A stretch of DNA of 60,276 bases, the filler included, from Thelocarpon superellum (Eukaryota), in the NCBI GenBank assembly GCA_026025795.1. It is 4 parts of 4 records of this genome, joined end to end, with 100 filler letters (N's around TTAATTAATTAA, not from the genome) between each part and the next. Parts side by side here need not be neighbours in the genome. Positions count along the whole stretch, not along the records: positions 1 to 15,048 come from JAPEUG010000418.1; positions 15,149 to 30,153 come from JAPEUG010000419.1; 2 more parts are not named here. The stretch is one strand, 5' to 3'. The notes under the pieces are model-generated. The model was not told the origin of the DNA, ran no database searches, and worked only from the letters and a program-made list of their open reading frames with translations. The stretch's first letter is position 1; each line of letters starts with the position of its first letter. Below, piece by piece: positions 9,600 through 21,972 of the stretch. Position numbers and translations under genes: made by a program.

Positions 9600-12500
9600 A
9601 TGTCGGACGGCAAGTAAACCTAGCTCACCGTGATTGTACTCGAGCTAATCATGTGTTCAGCCGACTTTGAGACGATCCGGAGCCTGCAGGCCCAGCGGAA
9701 CGCGGCCGCGGCTGGAAAGAAGGGCTCCAAGACCTTCGATCCGTCCAGTCAACGCACCGACGTCTCCAGCAAGGCCTCCCTGACCGACAGCTTCGACACC
9801 TCGCTCTACGAACGGAACGGCGTGGATAAGTTTGCCGGCTATCACGGCTCCATCGCTGCCGATGGCGAGGACGACGACATGGTCGATGCCAACGGGGACG
9901 AGGGACGGCGCCTGGTCGGGCAGTACACAGCCACGCGCGAACAGATGAACGAAGTCGCCACGGGAGCCGGGGTGGAGGAGGAAGACATCTTGTTAGGGCG
10001 AGAGAAGTCCGCCCGGATTGCGGACCGTGAGACGGACTATCAGAAACGTCGTCTGAACCGGGGGCCGCTCACGCCCACCAGAGCAGATCCCTTCGCGGCC
10101 AATCGGCAGGCCGGGGTTGAAGCCGACGGCCAGAGCTATCGGGAGATCATGGCGGCGCGGGAGCTCGAGAAGGAAGAGGAACGAGTCAAGCGCCTGATCG
10201 CGGACAAGCAAGCCAACGGCGAAGAGGCAGTGGTCGAGCATGAAGCGACCTTGACGCGCGACGATAGTCCCAGCGACAAAGAGAACAAGGAGGCCGGTCT
10301 CACCGTGGCCGTGGCGTCGGGACGGAAGCGGAAACAGCGCTGGGATGTGGCGTCCGAAACGGCTCCGGCCGACTCGGCCCCTACCAGCACCGACGTCAAG
10401 ACCAAGCGGTCGCGGTGGGATCAGACCCCGGTGCCTGGCGCTGCCGCAGTCGACGACACGCCGCGGCGACGCAGTCGGTGGGACCAGGCTCCGTCGCTGA
10501 CCGGAGCGACGCCGGTGGGCAATCAGGGCCTGGCAACGCCGATGCACCCCTCGCAGTCTGCCGTGGGACCCGCCATGCCGACGGCCTTTGGCACCGACAT
10601 CTCGTCGCGCAATGCGGCGCTCTCGGATGAGGAGCTCGATCAAATGCTGCCGTCCGAGGGCTACAAGGTGCTCGATCCGCCGCCGGGCTATGCGCCCATT
10701 CGTACGCCGGCGCGGAAGCTGATGAGCACGCCTGCGCCCATGGCCAGCGCGTCGGGCTTCGGCGGCTTCATGATGCAAGAGCCGGAAAATGCGCGAGCGA
10801 TGGCGAAGCAGCTGCCAACAGAGATCCCCGGCGTGGGCGACCTGCAGTTCTTCAAGGCCGAGGACATGGCTTACTTTGGCAAGCTGGTGGATGGCGGCGA
10901 TGAGAACGCGATGAGCGTGGAGGAGCTCAAGGAACGCAAGATCATGCGGCTGCTCCTCAAGGTGAAGAACGGCACGCCACCGATGCGGAAGACGGCACTG
11001 CGGCAGCTGACGGACAACGCACGGCAATTCGGCGCCGGCCCGCTGTTCAATCAGATCCTCCCGCTGCTGATGGAGAAGACGTTGGAGGACCAGGAGCGCC
11101 ATCTGCTGGTCAAGGTCATCGACCGGATCCTGTACAAGCTGGACGATCTGGTGCGACCGTACGTGCACAAGATCCTCGTCGTCATCGAGCCACTCCTCAT
11201 CGACCAAGACTACTACGCTCGCGTCGAAGGCCGGGAGATCATCTCGAACCTCAGCAAAGCCGCAGGGCTGGCGCATATGATCAGCACCATGCGGCCCGAC
11301 ATCGACCACGTGGATGAGTACGTGCGCAACACGACGGCGCGAGCCTTTGCCGTGGTGGCCTCGGCCCTCGGCATCCCCGCCTTGCTGCCTTTCCTGCGCG
11401 CCGTCTGCCGCAGCAAGAAGTCGTGGCAGGCGCGGCACACGGGCGTCAAGATCATCCAGCAGATTCCCATCCTGATGGGCTGCGCCATCCTGCCACATCT
11501 GAAAGGCCTGGTCGATTGCATCGGCGACAACCTCAACGACGAGCAGGCCAAGGTCCGCACTGTGACCAGTCTCGCCATCGCCGCGCTGGCCGAGGCGGCC
11601 AATCCGTACGGGATCGAGAGCTTCGACGACATCCTCAACCCGCTCTGGACTGGGGCACGCAAGCAGCGCGGCAAGGGTCTGGCTGGCTTTCTCAAGGCGG
11701 TGGGCTACATCATCCCGCTGATGGACGAGGAGTATGCGAACTACTACACCAGCCAGATCATGGAGATCCTGCTGCGCGAGTTCTCGTCGCCCGACGAGGA
11801 GATGAAGAAGGTGGTGCTGAAGGTGGTGTCGCAGTGCGCCGGCACGGACGGCGTCACGGCGGGCTACCTCAAGGAGCACGTGCTCAACGACTTCTTCAAG
11901 AGCTTCTGGGTGCGGCGCATGGCGCTGGACAAGCGCAACTACCGGCAGGTGGTGGAGACCACGGTCGACCTGGGCCAGAAGGTGGGCGTGGGTGAGATCG
12001 TGGAGCGGATCGTCAACAACCTCAAGGACGAGAGCGAGGCCTATCGCAAGATGACGGTGGAGACGGTGGAGAAGGTGATTGCGAGCCTGGGCGCGGCGGA
12101 CATTGGCGAACGGCTGGAGGAGCGGCTGGTGGACGGGGTGCTGCACGCCTTCCAGGAGCAGAGCGTGGAGGACATTGTCATGCTCAACGGCTTCGGGACG
12201 GTGGTGAATGCGCTGGGGACCCGGTGCAAGCCCTACCTCCCGCAGATCGTCAGCACCATCCTGTGGCGGCTGAACAACAAGTCGGCCACGGTGCGGCAGC
12301 AGGCGGCCGACCTCATCTCGCGCATCGCCATGGTGATGAAGCAGTGCGGCGAGGATGCGTTGATGGGCAAGCTGGGCGTCGTGCTCTACGAATATCTCGG
12401 CGAGGAGTACCCCGAGGTGCTGGGCTCCATCCTCGGCGCGCTCCGGGCCATCGTGACGGTGGTGGGGATCACGTCGATGCAGCCGCCGATCAAAGACCTG

Positions 12501-13358
12501 CTCCCGCGCCTGACGCCCATCCTGCGGAACCGGCACGAGAAGGTGCAGGAGAACACGATCGACCTGGTGGGCCGGATCGCGGATCGGGGCCCGGAGAGCG
12601 TCAACGCGCGCGAGTGGATGCGCATCTGCTTCGAGCTCCTGGACATGCTCAAGGCGCACAAGAAGGGGATCCGGCGCGCGGCCAACAATACGTTTGGTTT
12701 CATCGCCAAGGCCATCGGACCACAGGACGTGCTGGCGACGCTGCTGAACAATCTGCGGGTGCAGGAGCGGCAGTCGCGCGTGTGCACGGCCGTGGCGATT
12801 GGCATCGTGGCGGAGACGTGCGCGCCCTTTACCGTGCTGCCGGCGCTGATGAACGAATACCGCGTGCCGGAGCTGAACGTGCAGAATGGCGTGTTGAAGT
12901 CGCTCTCCTTCCTCTTCGAGTACATTGGGGAGATGGCCAAGGACTACGTCTACGCCGTCACCCCGCTGCTGGAAGACGCGTTGATCGACCGCGACCAGGT
13001 GCACCGACAGACGGCGGCGTCGGTGGTGAAGCACGTGGCGCTGGGGGTGGTCGGCCTGGGCTGCGAGGACGCCATGCTGCATCTGCTCAACCTGCTCTAT
13101 CCGAATCTGTTCGAGACCAGCCCGCACGTCATCGACCGCATCATCGAAGCCATCGACGCCATCCGCATGGCCATCGGCACGGGCATGGTGATGAACTACG
13201 TCTGGGCGGGACTGTTCCATCCGGCACGCAAGGTGCGGCAGCCGTACTGGCGTCTCTACAACGATGCGTACGTGCAAAGTGCCGACGCGATGGTTCCCTA
13301 CTATCCGACTTTGGGCGAGGAGAAGATGGAGCGGCATGAACTGGCGATTGTCATTTAG
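9600..13358 (+). CDS. SF3B1: U2 snRNP SF3b subunit 1 (SF3B1/Hsh155/Prp10); exons 9600-9609, 9661-13358
   Basis: RWD/TP repeats in the N-terminus, then HEAT repeats ([29 protein letters not shown] ... [10 protein letters not shown]). ATG TCG GAC G|GCAAGT..CTAAT..CAG|CC GAC gives MSDADFETIR. Confidence 0.98.
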
Positions 13359-15048
13359 ATTCCCGCCCTATGTGCCTTTTAAGCCGCCGGTCAATGTAAT
13401 CTGCGAGATAGGACGTGAGGATACATGGGCTAAGTCGAGGGCTGCAGCGCCCAACCAATCAATGTTCGTACTGGTGCTCTTTGATGTGATCTCAGACATC
13501 GAGTCCGCCGTATTCTACGCATCTCAAATGTAGTTCAACCGCATCCGTGTCCTCCGTCAAGCTGGACGAGCCCGTGGTGAGATCAGGCAGACTAGGGAGA
13601 CAGCTTTGTCCACGATCTGTCTTGCAGCGCGTTCCAGCTTCGCGCTCGACGACATCTACTGGGATGTCATCGACGCCCGGTGTCACGGCGCGTTTACGGA
13701 CCCGCGAGCGAGATCTTGACGACTCAGGATGCAATACTCGGCCTCATATGAAGTGAAGTTAAAGTGTAAGGGGATGCATGCAAACATTGGCCATGCCCCA
13801 TGATTTGTATTCCATATGGTTGTGCAACTGTGCTGCACACTGCGTGCATGGGAATCCGTCGTTTCCGATAATCTTGTGATGGATGTGATGTTGTGGTGTA
13901 ACATGATGTCATAGCCCAACACCACCCTCGTCGTCACCTACCTGTCGCCTTCACGTGGAACTCCTCCACTTTCGGGACGATCATCCCATTCCATCTCTCG
14001 CCCTTCGAAAACGCACCAACCATCAGTCCAAACAATCACCTACTCACTGCCCAGCATTCCGCACAAGGCGTCGGGCATCCACCACCCAACCGGCAGCGAT
14101 TAGCGCCGGGAAGTGGAGCCCGACCTCATGGACAACATGAAGACACGAGATGAAATGAGGCGTCACATCTCCACGCCTGCCCTTCCTACGCCATTCGTCC
14201 GATCCATCTCCACTACGATATAGTTCTGGCGGCTACCTCCTGTATCGAACACCATCTCGGTACGAGGAGGGTAGAAGTGCGAATACCGTAATCACCAAGT
14301 GCCAAGAGGAGACGACGTGGAGTCGCCGAGAGATGGAGGTGACCAGGTGGGGGATGTGGGGAAGAGACAGACACTCTCGCACACACACACACACTCACAA
14401 GCGAGACGAGGCGTCACCGCCCGAAAAGCAAAAGCTCCACCACCGTCTCAAGCCACCGACCGCATCGCGCCACTGACGTCGTTGGCTTGACCTCGCTCCC
14501 CTCCCCCCTCCCGTCTGGTCCACTTCTCCACCTCCGCCTACCACCACAACCACCATCACTACCGCTACGACCGTCATCAGCTGCTGCCACCTACAGTTCC
14601 AGCCCCGCCGCCCGAGCATGGACCTGGCATCGCCTCGCTACGCCCTGTTCGGCACGACGCGACGCCCGACGAGCTGACAGCTGCGCCGCGCGCGCACGAT
14701 GACATGGCCTGCCGCCCGAATCACGACAATGACATGTCCGAAGTAGTACCTGTCTTGTAAAGATCTTGTAGACGGAGACCGGCCACACTTACCACGAGAA
14801 AGATGATGCAGTAATCGAATTATCTCGCCAAGGTGTATTAGATTGTGGGAGCGGACGAGTAGAGTTTTTTTGTGCGTGTGGACGTGCCCGTTCGATTACG
14901 GAAATGAGTGCGCAGTGGGGCTGAAACGGTAGCCAGTCGCGCGTCTCGTGGCTTTGCTTGCTGCTCTTTGCTCACTGCTCCGGGATGCTTGCTGCTTCTC
15001 TGCAGCTCCGTACGTCGTACTCCATCTCCTTTCTATCCTGCCGTACAG

Positions 15049-15148
15049 NNNNNNNNNNNNNNNNNNNNNNNNNNNNNNNNNNNNNNNNNNNNTTAATTAA
15101 TTAANNNNNNNNNNNNNNNNNNNNNNNNNNNNNNNNNNNNNNNNNNNN
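15049..15148. other. Artificial contig spacer (44 N + TTAATTAATTAA + 44 N)
   Basis: 100-nt block with a six-frame stop palindrome at 15093-15104; identical to the other two spacers. Confidence 0.98.
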
Positions 15149-15879
15149 GGTCAAGAGTAAGCTCTGAGCGTGAGGCAGAGACTCCGGCGAAGAACACCAG
15201 CGATGCGATTGGAAGAACATTGACGGATTACACATGACACACGAGTACACATGACACACGAGAACTCCTGCATGACAGACAAAGCTCTTGGATCCTCCAA
15301 TGGGTATTCTTCTCCCAGAGGCTCCATGATGCAGCTTCTTAAGGCAGTCGGGAAGGTCGTAGATTCTCTCATCCATCTTCGTCTCAGCAGGTACAGCTTG
15401 CTAACGGAGCCCCAACCATAGCGTCTCTTCGCACATTCAGCTCTTCCGCTTATGCTCCGGAGGTCTGTAGGCGAGAGGGAGATGTGTACGACAAGTGGGA
15501 AAAGGTTGGGATAGCTGGAGAGCGCCTGTGTTTTGTCTAAACACTCGACGAGTATAACAACTCACACTTTTCGATTCTAAATTGCTTTCTGGCAACAGTA
15601 GAATGCCCCTATGATTGGCAATGGTCACCTCCCTCTTCATTCTACTCACCGTTACCCTAGTCGGTCATCGTCCTCACGTCCCCCTTCCCATGCGTGTCTC
15701 GTCAAGCCCTAGCGCTCTTGGATCTGCTCCTTGCAGGCATCGATAGACCCTTGGATATGAGTCGAGACTTCCCTTCGTGTCCCTATCAGCAACCCATCGG
15801 CGCGATTGGCAATCGGGCGACCCTGCGATATTGAATGATACGCTATATATAACATTAACGCGGCGAATCACGACGGTAC

Positions 15880-15953
15880 GGTCGGATGGTGTAGTTGGTT
15901 ATCACGTTCGCTTAACACGCGAAAGGTCGCGAGATCGAGCCTCGCTCTGATCA
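15880..15953 (+). tRNA. tRNA-Val(AAC), intronless
   Basis: Cloverleaf: acceptor GGTCGGA/TCTGATC + A; D arm GTG-TAGTTGGTTAT-CAC; anticodon arm TTCGC-TT AAC AC-GCGAA (anticodon 15914-15916); T arm GCGAG-ATCGAGC-CTCGC; upstream TATATATAA at 15844-15852. Confidence 0.96.
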
Positions 15954-15960
15954 TACGTTG

Positions 15961-15966
15961 TTTTTT
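15961..15966 (+). terminator. RNA polymerase III oligo-T terminator of tRNA-Val
   Basis: T6 run 8 nt after the tRNA discriminator base. Confidence 0.8.
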
Positions 15967-16310
15967 GGTCCCTGAAGGTGGGCGGAGGGGTGACATATGA
16001 GTGATTCATTCAAGGGACGATGATATTAATAGATGATGTTGATATCATTGATGATGTTTTTCGTTCGGCCATCCTGGATCCACCCTCACCTGGATGACGT
16101 AAGGCTAGAAAGCAATCGGTTCACATGCATAACCCTGCTGAACATGCAGAACCTAGATCTCCACCACTCACGGGAAAAGTGTCAACCGATAAGCGCCCGT
16201 TGATAGTCGTCCCTCCCGTGGTCTCCTGTGTCGCACGACTCGCCGTCCTTTACCCATTCTCTGTGCCCACATCCATCTGGCCAGATTCACAGAACCTCAT
16301 CACCGCCATA

Positions 16311-18512
16311 ATGTGTGGGATCTTTGCTTGCCACCGGTATGTCCATTGAGTCCCAATGCGCAGTAGATGCCGTGGTGCTGGCCCACTGTAAACAAGCAAT
16401 GGAAGCGGTGACTTACTTACGTTCACCCCACGCAGGCATCCTGATGTCCAAGCTTTCAAGCCCACCGCGCTGCGTATGGCCAAAGCGTACGTCTCCCATC
16501 TCACTCGTGCCTCGTTCGTACATCGCTGACCAGGCGCCTTGGCAGCGTTCGTCATCGGGGACCAGACTGGAGTGAGTCCTGGACCACGGCGGATATCTAG
16601 GGTGGAGCAAATGCTAATTCGCCCAAAGGCGGTAATGTCATTGCGAATGGAACAAGTACATCAGCCCATGCGTCCCGCAGTCAGCTGTACCGAGACTGAC
16701 CGTGGTCGTAGTCCTTGCCCACGAGCGCCTGAGCATCGTCGGTGTCGGTTCGTAGCGGATGCACCACACGCTCCGCGCCAAGCTAAATCATGGTAGAGAG
16801 TGGCGCGCAACCGCTCACCAATGACGACGGCACGCTCATCCTTGCAGTCAATGGCGAGATCTATAACCACCGAGTATTACGGAAACATCTCAAGACGCCA
16901 TACCGCTTCAAGACCTTCTCCGACTGCGAGATCATCATCCCCTTGTATATGGAGCATGACCTCGACACGCCAAATCTGCTCGACGGCATGTTCTCCTGGG
17001 TGCTGTATGATAAGGCGCAGGACCGGACGATCGCCGCGCGAGATCCGATTGGGATCACGACGTTCTATCAGGGGTGGTCGACCAAGACCCCGGACGCGGT
17101 CTACTTCGCCTCGGAGCTCAAGTGTTTGCATCCCGTGTGCGACAAGATCATTGCATTTCCCCCGGGCCACATTTATGACTCGAAGACGAAGAAAACGACG
17201 AGATACTTTGAGCCATCATGGTGGAACCCGACGCGCGTGCCGTCCACGCCGATTGACTACCACCAGCTCCGCGAGACATTTGAGAAGGCGGTGCGGAAGC
17301 GACTCATGACCGAAGTTCCATATGGAGTCCTGCTCTCGGGCGGGTTGGATTCAAGTTTGGTCGCGGCCATTGCGCAACGCGAGACCCGGCGATTGCAGGG
17401 GACCTGTACCGGGCCGAAGAACGGGTACCATGGACACACACAGCGCCCGGGTGAGGGGCTGGTAGGGATCGACGATGAGGATGAGCTGTCCACGGTCAAC
17501 TCGTTACCGCAGCTGAACTCCTTTTCCATTGGCTTGCCGAACGCTCCGGACACCAAGGCGGCGCTGGAGGTGGCCAAATTCCTCGGGACGAAACACCATG
17601 ACTTCACCTTCACCGTCGAGGACGGGCTCAACGCGCTCTCGGACGTCATCTACCACCTGGAGACGTACGACGTCACCACCATCCGCGCGTCGACGCCCAT
17701 GTTCCTGCTCAGCCGCAAGATCAAAGCGCTCGGCGTCAAGATGGTGCTCAGCGGTGAAGGTAGCGACGAGATCTTTGGGGGCTACCTCTACTTCCACGCG
17801 GCCCCCGATAAAGCGGCCTTCCACGAGGAGACGGTGCGACGGGTGAAGAATCTACATTTTGCCGATTGTCTGCGCGCCAACAAGTCGACCGCGGCGTGGG
17901 GCGTGGAGGCACGGGTGCCTTTTCTGGATAAGGAGGTAAGTTGGATTGGCAATGGCAGGGATCCTTGGCTGACAGGTCCAAGTTTTTGGAGCTCTCGATG
18001 AACATCGATCCACAGGAGAAGATGATCACCAAGGAGCGGATTGAGAAGTTCATCCTGCGCAAGGCCTTTGACACCACTGGTGAAGCTGGTGCGCAGCCAT
18101 ATCTGCCGGAAAGAATTCTCTGGCGGCAGAAAGAACAGTTCAGCGACGGCGTAGGCTATGGATGGATCGATGCTTTGAAAGACAACGCCGAGCTCCATGT
18201 CACGGACGAGCAGATGAAGCAGCCCAAGGCGGAGTGGGGCGAGGACATTCCCGACACCAAAGAAGCGTAAGTTGGGCGACGGTGCAATGGAGCACTGGGG
18301 TGTGTTGTTAACGAGACATCAGATACTGGTATCGCACCATGTTTGACGAGCACTTCCCCCCGTACTGCGCCTCGACGGTGATGCGATGGACGCCCACCTG
18401 GTCGAAGCAGAAGGATCCCAGTGGACGGTACGTATTTGGGGCTTTTTCCTCGCTCACTGCTGATGATGACAGCGCCATAACGACGCATGTGGCTAAGTAT
18501 GAAGACGAATGA
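16311..18512 (+). CDS. ASN1: Glutamine-dependent asparagine synthetase; exons 16311-16336, 16436-16486, 16546-16571, 16629-16655, 16712-16747, 16797-17935, 17983-18266, 18323-18427, 18473-18512
   Basis: N-terminal MCGIF (Ntn Cys2), [59 protein letters not shown]; five small 5' exons of 26-51 nt. Confidence 0.97.
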
Positions 18513-19316
18513 GGAGCCACGCAGGTCATCGAGGACCATGCAACATCCAAGACGGGTGATAGACGCATCATCAGCATCTGGTGCAGGGCATGTGATGGAT
18601 GGCAGACGACGGATCATGGGTCATGGAGAGATGGCGTTCAAGTTCCAATCCTTGCAAGCAGCTAAACCAGTGGGATACCATGTCGCTTTAGCCATGCAAT
18701 TCGACGATAATATTCCTACATTTTGGAAGTTCTCTTGAAGGGCTCAGCTCCTGTCACGGTCACTGGCCCTCGTACCAAGTGCTGATGGAGTGCCCCCGTT
18801 AAGCGAACGCCGGGACGAGTCGCCAATAGTTGCAGGGGCACCCCATCGCCTCTCTGAATAGTGCTGTAGGGGGCGAAGACGGCAGCGGCAGCTGCTGCGA
18901 TTCGCCACCCACATGACCTATTCCCAGTCGTATGATAGCTTGCAGAATACTGTTCTTGGCTTCTGTAGCAGAGACCACCGATCCCATCTGTAGAATTCGG
19001 GTCTCGTCGGTTCGGACAGGACAAGTACTGTAGTGACCGGGCGAGGACGGACTCCCTCAGTAAACATCCGGATCCGAGACGACCAATCAGATTGCGGTGC
19101 ACATGCCACGCCTTTTTCTGCTCGACCTCCGTGCCGCTCCGACGTGCGACTCGAGGCCCGGCGCATCGTTCATCTCGTCACATCCATCAACTTTGCCGTC
19201 AACAATTGTGGCACTTCACAAGAAGCTGTGCAATCCCTCTGTACTCCCACTTGACCCCCTCGCCATCCACACAGTCTCTTCATCCATTCTTGCCGCCATC
19301 CCTCCATCCGTTCACC

Positions 19317-20673
19317 ATGTCGATCCCAGCCTTTGCCGATATTGCCAAACCCACCAACGACGTGAGCAGTGCCTCGTCCATTGCGCAGCGAGCTCTGGCC
19401 CAGTGCGCCCGACTTCATTCATCACTGACATGTAATCCCACAGATTCTCAACAAGGATTTCTATCACGCTTCCGCGGGTATGAAGGCTCCCGTCCTAGAT
19501 CCCTGCCGTGGCCGGCTCGTGGCTAACGGAGATGCACAGCGACTATCGAGGTCAAGTCGAAAGCGCCCAATGGCGTGAGCTTCGTGGTCAAGGGGAAATC
19601 GGCCCACGATAGCGCCACTAGTGGACAGGTACGAGGCATCGCTGGGGTGGATGTGGCCTAGACTAACGGAAACGGGGACAGATCGAGGCCAAGTACACCG
19701 ATTCTCCGAGCGGTAGGGATCCCCCGTCACGTCCCCCATCACGTCCTCCATCACGTCCTCCATCACGTCCTCCATCACGTCCTCCATCACATCCTTCCAT
19801 CACACTCTCGGGTCCCGGAAATGGCACAGGCTGGCGCTACTCCATGTCATTACGGCCGGACCAAGCATCCTCGCTGATCATGTTTCGTCGACCAGGCTTG
19901 ACCCTCACCCAAGCATGGACGACGGTCAATGCGCTCGACACCAAGCTTGAGCTCGACAACACTCTGACCAAGGGCCTCAAGGCTGAGGTCCTGACCCAGT
20001 TCCTGCCCGCCACCCAGGCTAAGGGCGCCAAGCTCAACCTGTACTTCAAGCAGCCCAACTTCCACGCTCGCGCCTTCTTCGATCTGCTCAAGGGCCCGAC
20101 GGCTAACGTCGACGCCGTGCTGGGCCACGAGGGCTTCCTCGTTGGTGCCGAGGCCGGCTACGACGTGCAGAAGGCGGCCATCACCCGCTACTCGGCCGCG
20201 GTCGGTTACAGCGTGCCCGAGTACACGGCGGCCATCACGGCCAGCAACAACCTGAGCGTCTTCTCCGCCTCGTACTTCCACCGCGTCAACTCTCAGGTTG
20301 AGGCCGGCGCCAAGGCCATCTGGGACTCCAAGGGCTCCAACAACGTGGGCCTCGAAGTGGCCAGCAAGTACCGATTGGACCCTACGTCGTTTGCCAAGGT
20401 CCGTGTCCGTCCCCGAATCATAGAGTAAGGCTAATTCTCCGTTACGCTGCAGGCCAAGATCAACGACCGCGGGATTGCCGGGCTGGCCTACAATGTCCTC
20501 CTTCGCCCTGGCGTGACGCTCGGGCTCGGTGCGTCCTTTGATACCCAGAACCTGAACGAGGCTGCCCACAAGGTGCGTCGTCCCTCCCTTCCTCCCCTGT
20601 CCGGTTCCACTTCGCCGTCGCCTGTACTCACGCAACGACGCAGGTGGGAGCAAGCTTCACCTTCGAGGGTTAA
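19317..20673 (+). CDS. POR1: Mitochondrial outer-membrane porin (VDAC); exons 19317-19361, 19444-19477, 19540-19628, 19682-19712, 19896-20398, 20453-20572, 20644-20673
   Basis: MSIPAFADIAKPTND|ILNKDFYH ... GLTLTQAWTT ... SASYFHRVNSQVEAGAKA ... AKINDRG ... HK|VGASFTFEG* (beta-signal at the C-terminus). Confidence 0.97.
19724..19803 (+). repeat. 12-bp minisatellite (CCATCACGTCCT), ~6.5 copies, in porin intron 4
   Basis: Four exact copies at 19736-19783 with degenerate flanking copies. Confidence 0.95.
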
Positions 20674-21076
20674 GCGATGTCGTATCCCGTCGTCCTTGGC
20701 GTCCTTGGCGTCGAGCCAGCCCGCGTGAGAGGTAGATGTGTACGTCGGCAGGCAGGTAGGCTCATCGAAGCAACGAGCACGTGTGTCCGTGTTCGTCAAG
20801 CAGTGTGTGCCGCCGTGAGATGAGAATGTAGGACTAGGAGTGAGATAGATCGTGGTAAATGACTTGTCTTCGTACTCACAGTCGTCGTCGCAGTTGTCAT
20901 CGCGTGCATGCATGCTGAGACGTTGTTCTCCATGTCCCGTCCAACGCCGCCATTGACCCCGTATACGTATAGGAGTACATGTACGACCCAACCCTCCATC
21001 CATCTACACCGTCCGCGGCAAAGCCAACGCAGCATCCCAGAACAGACAGACCGCCCCCCACCAAACCACACCGAAT

Positions 21077-21972
21077 CTACAGCCCGCCTCGTCCGCCGAG
21101 AGCAAGAAACGGCAGGACGACGGCCAGAGTGAGCACGCCGCCGACGAAGAGGAAGTTGACGAGCGCGCCGGGATCCGGCTCGACGGGGACAAAGTCCTCA
21201 GCCATTCGGCGGCGCCGCCGTCGATCTTGCTCCTCTTGGGTTCGTTTGTGCGAGACTCGGTCGAAGTGCGAGAGGAGCGGGTCGTACTCTTGGTTGTCGT
21301 AGTCGGCGGTTGGGTCTTGTTTGGTGGATGAGGAGGACGAGGGTGAGGCGTTGGAGTCGGAGTTGGCGTGGGGACTGGACGAGGAAGAGGACGAGGATGA
21401 GGATGTGCCCGCGTTGGCTTGTGCTCGCCGCTTACTGCTCTGCTCGCCCCAGCCGCCACTACGATAGAAACTGGGAGGGGGGCCGCGGAACTGGCTGCGC
21501 CGTCGACTCAGGCCGCTGGCAGGCCGCCCGCCGGCTGGACCTGCCGTGGACGAGTGTGAGCCATGTCGGGCCGCTGTTCCCCTGGCGTGAGAGGGCGAGG
21601 ATCGCTGCAGGTCGCGGTCGTAACGGCCTTTTCGTTCGGGGCTTCCCAGCACGGCATACGCTTCTGCGACTTGGATAAAGCGTTTGGCTGCACCGGGGTC
21701 GTCCGGGTTGTGGTCCGGGTGATGTGTTTTGGAAAGGGTGTAGAAACTCCTAGACTGCGTCAGCAATGCAGGTGAGAGGAGGGAGGAGTTGCGTACTTCT
21801 TTATCTCAGCTGGTGTTGCAGATGCTAGTACCCCGAGGGTCTCGTAATGGTTATCGCCATCTTTGCGAGCTGGTGTGGACGCGTGGAAGAAAGATCGGGG
21901 AGTGGCGCGGATGAAGTGCGAGTGTAGGAGGTAGGTGGGGGTGGAAGGGGAGAGCACTGAACGGGAGCGCAT
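21077..21972 (-). CDS. J-domain (DnaJ class C) protein, probably mitochondrial, with a C-terminal TM helix; exons 21972-21797, 21749-21077
   Basis: Arg/Ser-rich presequence-like N-terminus; NHYETLGV...EIKK|SFYTLSKTHHPD...EAYAVLGSPERKGRYD; hydrophobic tail FLFVGGVLTLAVVLPFLAL. Confidence 0.9.

Noticed and set aside
9993..13337. 1114-aa antisense ORF opposite SF3B1 (likewise 46627-47766 opposite flbA and 54997-56448 opposite the PDI-like gene)
   Set aside because: Codon-aligned shadow frames produced by strong GC3 bias of the real genes; the His/Val/Leu/Asp-rich composition is typical of antisense mirrors
15093..15104. TTAATTAATTAA palindrome occurring three times (piggyBac-like TTAA)
   Set aside because: Embedded in N runs; an artificial six-frame stop linker
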